Source of the DNA: Clostridia bacterium
GTDB lineage: Bacteria; Bacillota; Clostridia; Monoglobales; Firm-18
Direction of reading: 5' to 3'
Assembly (NCBI GenBank): GCA_017646825.1
Contig: JAGCLT010000083.1
Span: 1-39,849 of the forward strand
Length of the DNA stretch: 39,849 nucleotides
The position numbers were made by a program, and so were the translations under genes. Every line of letters begins with the position of its first letter. Positions within the stretch are counted from its first letter, which is position 1. The notes under the pieces were generated by a model. The model ran no database searches. It had not been told where the DNA came from and was given only the letters and a program-made list of their open reading frames with translations. Positions 33,272 through 39,849 of this stretch are shown here, piece after piece.

Positions 33272-34981
33272 ATGAAAAAAGTTATTTCAATATTTCTGTC
33301 TTTAATAATGCTTTTAGGGTGTCTTAACATTGCTACTTTTGCAGATGAGGAAACACCTATTGTTATTGTGCCCGGCTTTATGGGAAGCAAATTGTATCTG
33401 GACAGTGATTTTGATGACAGAGTTTTCGGCGAGAACGGAGATATAAATGAGTTTTCAAAAATAGAGGCAAAAAAACTTTTTGTTAAAGAGCCCATAAATT
33501 TGCAAAAAGCCGCAGAATACGGTGCAGGGAACAAATATAAAGCCCTTGCAAGTGTGCTTTGCGACACATACCCGAAAAGAAAAGTATATTTTTTCTCTTA
33601 CGATTTTACGAAAAATGCCCAAAGCGCTGCGTTTTTGTTAAACGAGTTTTTAAAGACGCAAACAAAAGTTATACTTATCTGCCACAGTTACGGCGGACTT
33701 GTTGCCGCAAGTTATCTTAACGCTTGCGGAACTTCAAAGGTTGAAAAAACAATCTGTATTGGAGTGCCTTTTGAGGGTACTGTTTACGCACAGATGGCAA
33801 CTGATATGGGCTTTATTGACGGTGAATCCATAAGTCAGCTTATGCCCACAGACAATTACTTAAAAGAAGTTTACGGAAAAGACTATGTAAAAAACTGGAC
33901 TTCAGACCAAGGCTTTTTATACAACGACAGTGTGCCCGTTATGTCAGAAATGGACAACGTGTATTACATTATGGGCGGCGGAATGCTTACCGCATCCCAA
34001 CTATTATACGAAGATGGCCAAATTGCCGATATTTCGTTTGACAATGACGGTGACAGCACAGTAACAAAGGCTTCGTCTTCAATGATGGGAAAAGTGTCGC
34101 GTACACAGGGTAACAACGTAGCGGTATTTAATGTCCGTCACGGAGAAATGCTTAAGTCAGAAGATGTAGCAAAATATATACTGTCTGTTCTGGAGGGAAA
34201 AAACAAATACACCAATACTGCAGAAGCAAAAGGCTATGACCTTGTAAAAGTTATTGGCGATGTTAAAGTCAAACTGTCTGGGGAGTCAGGAAACATTGAA
34301 AGTACATCAATGTATGTTGAAAACAATTACGGAGTATGCATAAAGCCCGACAGTAAAAACACCATTGTTGCGGTTACAGGTGAGGAGAACTGCATAACGA
34401 TGACAGGTAATTCAGAGGGGTTTGTTGATTTGTATGTAAAAAGTTATGACAAAAACAATAAACTTTCTTACAACAACACATTTATACAGATTCCTGTTAC
34501 AAAGAACGCTGTGGTTAAAAGTGTAATAACTGACGGGGATATATGGTTGTATACCGACTTTGATAACGACGGTGTGTTTGATGACAGTATAAAATCCGAA
34601 AAAGACGGTCAGAAACTTTTAGTTACTGATACACCCGTTGCATCTGCAGTGGGCGGAAAGTATAGAAGATATGTAAACGTAAAACTTGATACTGCCACAA
34701 AGGGCGGAAAGATATATTATACATTAGACGGCTCTGACCCCATTACAAAGGGCAAACTTTATATGGGTGAACTTAAAATTGACCAGTCATGCAAACTGAC
34801 TGCAGTTACTGTAAAGGACAAATACACATCAGGACCTGTTCTTGTGGAAGAATATATTATCAAACAGCCAAACAAAGTATTTATATTTGTTACGGCAGGA
34901 ATAATAATACTTCTTGCAGTCATAATACTGGTTGTTATTCTATATAATAACAGAAAAAGAAGAAAATATGTTTTCAGGTAA
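33272..34981 (+). CDS. exported LCAT/PGAP1-like alpha/beta-hydrolase (lipase/esterase) with a C-terminal chitobiase-type (CHB_HEX_C-like) domain and TM anchor
   Basis: The start is reassigned to ATG 33272 (SD AGGAG, signal peptide MKKVISIFLSLIMLLGCLNIATFA). IVIVPGFMGSKLY. Nucleophile elbow CHSYGG. GGKIYYTLDGSDP. C-terminal helix followed by NNRKRRK. Confidence 0.8.
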   Translation: MKKVISIFLSLIMLLGCLNIATFADEETPIVIVPGFMGSKLYLDSDFDDRVFGENGDINEFSKIEAKKLFVKEPINLQKAAEYGAGNKYKALASVLCDTYPKRKVYFFSYDFTKNAQSAAFLLNEFLKTQTKVILICHSYGGLVAASYLNACGTSKVEKTICIGVPFEGTVYAQMATDMGFIDGESISQLMPTDNYLKEVYGKDYVKNWTSDQGFLYNDSVPVMSEMDNVYYIMGGGMLTASQLLYEDGQIADISFDNDGDSTVTKASSSMMGKVSRTQGNNVAVFNVRHGEMLKSEDVAKYILSVLEGKNKYTNTAEAKGYDLVKVIGDVKVKLSGESGNIESTSMYVENNYGVCIKPDSKNTIVAVTGEENCITMTGNSEGFVDLYVKSYDKNNKLSYNNTFIQIPVTKNAVVKSVITDGDIWLYTDFDNDGVFDDSIKSEKDGQKLLVTDTPVASAVGGKYRRYVNVKLDTATKGGKIYYTLDGSDPITKGKLYMGELKIDQSCKLTAVTVKDKYTSGPVLVEEYIIKQPNKVFIFVTAGIIILLAVIILVVILYNNRKRRKYVFR

Positions 34982-34989
34982 AAAAAGTG

Positions 34990-35018
34990 TTGACAAATGG
35001 GAAAAAGTATGATAATAT
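34990..35018 (+). promoter_or_regulatory. promoter for infC-rpmI-rplT
   Basis: TTGACA (34990-34995), 17-nt spacer, TGaTAATAT (35010-35018). Confidence 0.6.
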
Positions 35019-35141
35019 CATTTGGTAAAGCAGAAGTTATCCGCAGATTCTTCTCACCGTACGGACTTTATGATTTGTTACGGTTGCGATTATTATAGTA
35101 CATTTTGGCGGATAGTTATGCTATCCGCTTTATTTATTTTT
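35019..35141 (+). promoter_or_regulatory. infC operon leader with an internal intrinsic terminator (L20-leader-type attenuator)
   Basis: GCGGATAG-TTATG-CTATCCGC (35108-35128) is followed by TTTATTTATTTTT, immediately before the infC SD. L20-mediated attenuation at this position is established in Bacillus. Confidence 0.6.
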
Positions 35142-35157
35142 ATTGGAGGTGCGCATT

Positions 35158-35673
35158 ATTAGCAAGGAAGTTTTAATCAACGAAAAAATCAAAGCCCCTG
35201 AGGTTCGTTTAATTGATGAAAACGGCGAACAGATGGGAATTGTAACATCAAAGAAGGCTCTTGAACTTGCAATTGATAAAAATCTTGATTTGGTAGAGAT
35301 TGCCCCTCAGGCAAAACCGCCTGTGTGCAAAATTATGGACTACGGAAAATACAGATTTGAAATTGCGAAAAAAGAGAAAGAGCAGAGAAAGAACCAGAAG
35401 GTTATTGCGATTAAGGAAATAAGACTTACACCGAATATCGATGACCATGATTTTTTCACTAAAGTTAATAATGCTATCAAATTTTTAAAAAGTGGTGACA
35501 AGGTTAAAGTTTCTGTAAGATTCAGAGGAAGAGAAGTAACTCACGCATCTTTGGGCGAAACAATTTTGGTAAGATTCGGCGAGGCGTGTGCAGAGTACGG
35601 TAATGTTGAAAAGAAACCAAAACTTGAAGGTAAAAATATGGCTATGTTTATATCACCGACAGGTGAAAAATAA
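35158..35673 (+). CDS. infC: translation initiation factor IF-3 (ATT start)
   Basis: SD GGAGG (35145-35149), with ATT at 35158 giving (M)ISKEVLINEKIKAPEVRLIDENGEQMGI, a canonical IF-3 N-terminus. The track TTG 35143 overlaps the SD. Confidence 0.9.
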   Translation: MSKEVLINEKIKAPEVRLIDENGEQMGIVTSKKALELAIDKNLDLVEIAPQAKPPVCKIMDYGKYRFEIAKKEKEQRKNQKVIAIKEIRLTPNIDDHDFFTKVNNAIKFLKSGDKVKVSVRFRGREVTHASLGETILVRFGEACAEYGNVEKKPKLEGKNMAMFISPTGEK

Positions 35674-35704
35674 ATAGTATAATCAACGAAAGGGGTTGTA
35701 ATAA

Positions 35705-35905
35705 ATGGCAAATAAAATTAAAACTCACAGAGGTGCGGCAAAAAGATTCAGCTTAACTTCAAAGGGTAAGGTAAAAAGAGGACAGGCTTTCAGAAGTCAC
35801 ATCCTGAACAAGAAAACAACAAAGAGAAAAAGAGGTTTGCGTAAAGCAGCTTATGCTTCAACTGCAAATGCATCTGTAATCAAAAAGTTAATACCATACA
35901 AATAA
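35705..35905 (+). CDS. rpmI: 50S ribosomal protein L35
   Basis: 66 aa. [12 protein letters not shown]. Confidence 0.95.
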   Translation: MANKIKTHRGAAKRFSLTSKGKVKRGQAFRSHILNKKTTKRKRGLRKAAYASTANASVIKKLIPYK

Positions 35906-35944
35906 TATTTGTATAATGTTTAAGAATTAAGGAGGATCATATAA

Positions 35945-36301
35945 ATGGCTAGAGTAAAAGGTGCAATGAACACCAGAAAAAGACATAAAAAAGTATTAAA
36001 ACTTGCAAAAGGTTACAGAGGTTCAAGACATACTTTATTTAAAACTGCAAATGAAGCAGTTATGAAAGCATTAAAACATGCATACATTGGCAGAAAACTT
36101 AAGAAAAGAGATTTCAGACAATTATGGATTGCAAGAATTAATGCAGCTGCACGTGCAAACGGTTGCAACTACAGCACAATGATGAACGGCTTAAAGAAAG
36201 CAGGTATCAACATTAACAGAAAGATGCTTGCAGAGATTGCAGTATCTGATGCGGCAGCATTTACAAAACTTGCAGAAAAAGCAATGGAAGCAAGAAAATA
36301 A
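35945..36301 (+). CDS. rplT: 50S ribosomal protein L20
   Basis: 118 aa. [26 protein letters not shown]. Confidence 0.97.
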   Translation: MARVKGAMNTRKRHKKVLKLAKGYRGSRHTLFKTANEAVMKALKHAYIGRKLKKRDFRQLWIARINAAARANGCNYSTMMNGLKKAGININRKMLAEIAVSDAAAFTKLAEKAMEARK

Positions 36302-36312
36302 TGTGTTTTTAA

Positions 36313-36354
36313 GGGAGTCGCTTGTGGCGTAAATTGTCGAAGCGTTCCCTTTTT
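36313..36354 (+). terminator. Rho-independent terminator after rplT
   Basis: GGGAGTCGCTT pairs with AAGCGTTCCC (bulged stem), followed by T5. Confidence 0.65.
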
Positions 36355-36379
36355 GCATTAAATTTGGATGGTTTAAATT

Positions 36380-37108
36380 ATGATTAAAGTAATTACATCT
36401 GCTGATAACAGTATTGTAAAACAAGTTAAAAAACTGAAAATGAAAAGTGAACGTACTGCCCTTGGTCTGTACGTTGCCGAGGGCAAACGAATTGTTGCTG
36501 ACGCAATTGAGGCAGGAGTTGTTAAGTACGTTGTCACTACTTTTGATACTGATATTTTTCCCGTTACTTACAGAGTAAAGGAAAGTATTTTTGAAAAGAT
36601 TTCGGACACTAAATCTCCCCAGGGGGTTTTAGCTGTATGCGAAATGAGAGAAGCAACTGTTCCGTCAGTGGGAGATATAGTTGTTTGCGATGGTGTTTCG
36701 GATCCCGGGAACTTAGGGACTATTATAAGAACTGCAGAATGTTCAGGCTTTTCTGCCGTAGTGCTTATAAATAATTGTGTTGACCAGTATAACGGAAAAA
36801 CTGTCCGTTCCACTATGGGGTCTTTGTTCAGAATACCCGTTGCGGAAATGACTGTGGAAGAGTTTCTTGATTTAAAGGGATATACCAAAGCCGTTACTAT
36901 GCTTGACGGTGCAGTAGATATTTTTACAGTAAAAAAGCCAAAAGGTAATGTGGCTTTAGTTGTAGGAAGCGAGGCCTTTGGTGTTTGCGAACAGGTAAAG
37001 AACAATGCCGACTTGCCTGTGAAAATCCCTATGTCAGGGAAAGCGGAGTCAATAAACGCAGCAGTGGCTGCGGGAATTGCGATGTATGCAGTAAAGAATT
37101 GGGAGTAA
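36380..37108 (+). CDS. TrmH/SpoU-family RNA 2'-O-methyltransferase
   Basis: 242 aa. DGVSDPGNLGTIIRTA, LVVGSEAFG and ESINAAVAAGIAMY (SPOUT knot motifs). Confidence 0.85.
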   Translation: MIKVITSADNSIVKQVKKLKMKSERTALGLYVAEGKRIVADAIEAGVVKYVVTTFDTDIFPVTYRVKESIFEKISDTKSPQGVLAVCEMREATVPSVGDIVVCDGVSDPGNLGTIIRTAECSGFSAVVLINNCVDQYNGKTVRSTMGSLFRIPVAEMTVEEFLDLKGYTKAVTMLDGAVDIFTVKKPKGNVALVVGSEAFGVCEQVKNNADLPVKIPMSGKAESINAAVAAGIAMYAVKNWE

Positions 37109-37111
37109 GTT

Positions 37112-38227
37112 ATGGAGAAACTGTATTGTATATGGCTTAGTACAATTAGATATCTTAAATATGAAACCTTTCGGAAACTGTACGAGTTTTTCGGGAGTTT
37201 TAAAGCCGTGTACGAAGCAGACAAAGAACAACTTTTAAACTGCACAAAACTAACACCTATGGAACTTCAGGGACTGCTTGACAAAGACACAAGACATGCA
37301 GACGAAATTCTTTATCAGTGTGATAAAACAGATATAGGAATAATAAGTTGTTTTGACGAGAATTATCCGAAACTTCTTCTTAATATTTATAACCCACCCA
37401 AAGTATTATATATAAAGGGAAATGTAAGAGAACTAAACAAACTGGTTACTATAAATGTAGTGGGCTCAAGACTGCCTACTACTTACGGAAACAAAATGGG
37501 ATTTAAATTCGGTTACGAACTTGCAAGTGAAGGGCTGACAGTTGTAAGCGGTATGGCAAGAGGGATTGACAGTCAGTCACACAGAGGGGCACTTAAGGCA
37601 GGAGGAAAAACTGTTGCAGTATTGGGTAACGGTTGCAACGTGGTGTATCCACCTGAAAATGCACCGCTTATGGAAATAATACTGAACAACGGTTGTGTTA
37701 TTTCTGAATATCCGCCTTATGACGGAGTAACTAAATATAACTTCCCTCACCGTAACAGAATAATGTCAGGTATGTCCCTTGGAACTTTAGTTGTTGAGGG
37801 CGCAAGACGAAGCGGTACACTTATTACTTCACGTCTTGCTTTGGAACAGGGGAAGAGCGTGTACTGCATTCCGGGGAACATTGACAATCCCAACAGTTTT
37901 GTAACTAATGAATTGATAAAAGACGGCGGAATTATTGTTACAAGTCCCGCTGATATAATAGTTGATTTAACCGCATCTTATCCTGAACTTATGCTTGAAA
38001 AGATATTAAAGGACGAGCAAAAGGTTGCAGAGAGCAACAAACTTGCAAATGTAACGGAGGAGCAAAGACAAATACTGTACTTTTTAAACAAGAACACTCC
38101 CGTTCATATTGACGAAATATGTAAATTGACAGGCAAGTCCATAGGTGCGGTCACCCAGAATTTAATGATGTTGGAAATAAGCAAACTGGTAGTATCTATG
38201 CCAGGGAGATATTATATACTAAAATAA
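37112..38227 (+). CDS. dprA: DNA-processing protein DprA (Smf)
   Basis: 371 aa. VVGSRLPTTYG, SGMARGIDSQSHRGAL, and a C-terminal wHTH. Confidence 0.9.
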   Translation: MEKLYCIWLSTIRYLKYETFRKLYEFFGSFKAVYEADKEQLLNCTKLTPMELQGLLDKDTRHADEILYQCDKTDIGIISCFDENYPKLLLNIYNPPKVLYIKGNVRELNKLVTINVVGSRLPTTYGNKMGFKFGYELASEGLTVVSGMARGIDSQSHRGALKAGGKTVAVLGNGCNVVYPPENAPLMEIILNNGCVISEYPPYDGVTKYNFPHRNRIMSGMSLGTLVVEGARRSGTLITSRLALEQGKSVYCIPGNIDNPNSFVTNELIKDGGIIVTSPADIIVDLTASYPELMLEKILKDEQKVAESNKLANVTEEQRQILYFLNKNTPVHIDEICKLTGKSIGAVTQNLMMLEISKLVVSMPGRYYILK

Positions 38228-38245
38228 CGAAAGGTTGATAAATTT

Positions 38246-39849
38246 ATGGCAAATTATCTGGTAATCGTTGAGTCACCGGCTAAAGCAAAGACCATAAAGA
38301 AATATCTAGGCTCTAATTATACCGTAGAAGCATCTATGGGACATATAAGAGACCTGCCCAAAAGCCAGTTGGGTATTGACACAGAAAATAATTTCGAGCC
38401 AAAATACATTACTATAAGAGGCAAAGGCGATTTAATGTCTAAACTTAAAAAACAGGCGAAGTCTGCAAAAAAAGTGTTTCTTGCAACTGACCCTGACCGT
38501 GAGGGAGAAGCAATTTCCTGGCATTTAGCGTCTGTTCTTGATATAGACAAGCAAAACACCTACAGAATTGCTTTTAATGAAATTACAAAAACGGCGGTTC
38601 AGAATGCAGTCAAAAACCCCCGTGAAATAGATGTTAATCTGGTAGATGCACAACAGGCTCGAAGAGTGTTAGACAGAATTGTGGGTTACAAAATAAGCCC
38701 TCTTTTGTGGAAAAAGGTTAAAAAGGGTTTAAGCGCAGGACGTGTTCAGTCTGTAGCAACAAGACTTATTGTTGACAGAGAACGCGAAATAGAAAAGTTT
38801 GTCCCAAAAGAATACTGGACTATTGACAGCGATTTTACAAAAGAAAACGGCAAGAACAAATTCCACGCCAAATTCTTCGGAGATAAAAAAGGGAAAATAG
38901 AACTTACAAACGGTAGTCAGGTTGAGGAAATTGTAAAAAAACTTGATGGTGCAGATTATGTTGTAACAGATATAAAGAAAAGCACCAAAACAAGAAATCC
39001 TGCTCCTCCGTTTATAACAAGTACAATGCAACAGGAAGCCAACAGAAAACTTGGTTTCACTTCAAAAAGAACAATGCAGGCTGCACAGCAACTGTACGAG
39101 GGTGTAAATGTAGGAGGAATAGGCCTTGTAGGTCTTATTACCTATATGAGAACAGACTCTCTTCGTATTTCAGTTGAGGCAGGAGTTGCTGCATCAAACT
39201 TTATTAAACAAAATTATGGCGAACAGTATGCTCCAAAATCAATAAGAGTGTATAAGACTAAAAAGAATGCACAGGACGCACACGAGGCAATAAGACCATC
39301 TGACGTTACAATTACTCCTGAAAAAATCAAGGACAGCGTAACTCCTGATTTGTACAGACTTTATAAACTTATCTGGGAACGCTTTGTTGCAAGTCAGATG
39401 GAAAACGCAGTTTATGATACCGAAAACGTGGATATTACTGCAAACGGTTATGTGTTTAAAGCAAACGGAAGCAAAATTAAATTTGCAGGATTTACAAAGG
39501 TGTATATAGAAAGCGTTGACGAAAAAGAAGAAAAGGTGACAAAACTGCCCGAACTTGAAGTGGGAGAAAAGGTGTTGCCTGTATCACTGAATGAAAGTCA
39601 GAAATTCACAGAGCCGCCTTCAAGATTTACAGAGGCTACTCTTATTAAAACTATGGAGGAAGAGGGAATAGGAAGACCAAGTACCTACACTCCTACAATA
39701 AGCACAATTCTTGCAAGAGGTTACGTTGCAAGAAAAGGCAAGATACTTCACCCCACAGAACTGGGTACAGTTGTAACTGACCTTATGGTTCAGCATTTTA
39801 ACGATATAGTTGACATTGACTTTACCGCAAATATGGAAAAACGTCTTGA
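38246..39849 (+). CDS. topA: DNA topoisomerase I (3' end off-window)
   Basis: Not in the ORF track because there is no stop before the window end. MANYLVIVESPAKAKTIKKYLG (TOPRIM), DPDREGEAISWH. The frame is open through 39849. Confidence 0.95.
   Translation, partial: MANYLVIVESPAKAKTIKKYLGSNYTVEASMGHIRDLPKSQLGIDTENNFEPKYITIRGKGDLMSKLKKQAKSAKKVFLATDPDREGEAISWHLASVLDIDKQNTYRIAFNEITKTAVQNAVKNPREIDVNLVDAQQARRVLDRIVGYKISPLLWKKVKKGLSAGRVQSVATRLIVDREREIEKFVPKEYWTIDSDFTKENGKNKFHAKFFGDKKGKIELTNGSQVEEIVKKLDGADYVVTDIKKSTKTRNPAPPFITSTMQQEANRKLGFTSKRTMQAAQQLYEGVNVGGIGLVGLITYMRTDSLRISVEAGVAASNFIKQNYGEQYAPKSIRVYKTKKNAQDAHEAIRPSDVTITPEKIKDSVTPDLYRLYKLIWERFVASQMENAVYDTENVDITANGYVFKANGSKIKFAGFTKVYIESVDEKEEKVTKLPELEVGEKVLPVSLNESQKFTEPPSRFTEATLIKTMEEEGIGRPSTYTPTISTILARGYVARKGKILHPTELGTVVTDLMVQHFNDIVDIDFTANMEKRL

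Noticed and set aside
36568-37245. A 225-aa minus-strand ORF
   Set aside because: It is antisense to the TrmH-family methylase and the dprA start. It has low-complexity shadow-frame composition and no start signals.
1-39849. A CRISPR array or cas genes that could explain the CARF protein
   Set aside because: Reading both strands, I found no run of regularly spaced 25-40 nt direct repeats. No ORF has recognisable Cas10, Csm/Cmr, Cas6 or Cas1/2 motifs. The only periodic repeats are the 9-mer arrays at 17871-18410, which are far too short and have hairpin spacers.

Overview
Low-GC Firmicutes (Clostridia-like) chromosomal segment. From about 6.9 kb to the end it is conserved housekeeping. On the minus strand: recG, DAK2/YloV, Asp23; nfnAB-like oxidoreductase; an FHA, SEDS (FtsW/RodA), PBP block preceded by ymdB; sigH; a TtcA-like PP-loop ATPase. 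On the plus strand: rsmD-coaD; trmB; yicC-remA-gmk-rpoZ; rplM-rpsI; pheA plus DAHP synthase; a YabE-like G5/3D wall protein; an LCAT-like lipase; infC-rpmI-rplT; a TrmH-family methylase; dprA; and a 3'-truncated topA that is missing from the ORF track. A small sugar module (SorC regulator, class II aldolase, sorbose-1-P-reductase-like dehydrogenase) lies between rpsI and pheA. The left 6.9 kb is accessory. It holds the right end of an integrase-bearing element that stops at a tRNA-Thr(GGU) 3' half, two decayed genes, a LysM/CAP secreted protein, and a tight three-gene operon (3267-6853). That operon is the most interesting object in the window. It encodes an orphan Card1/Can2-like CARF plus PD-(D/E)xK protein, a multi-pass membrane protein with Rossmann-like and RyR-like domains, and a stand-alone RyR-domain protein. 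No cas gene, CRISPR array or recognisable nucleotide cyclase is visible anywhere in the window. Other notable items: a Phe/Tyr-rich leader peptide plus terminator upstream of pheA; a four-helix-bundle (IVS/Avd-like) pseudogene bracketed by nested inverted arrays of a 9-mer alternating with hairpin spacers; and a second paralog of that gene broken at the same motif. All calls come from reading the sequence and ORF translations by eye. Small-motif coordinates are hand-counted and may be off by 1-2 nt. No database search was run.
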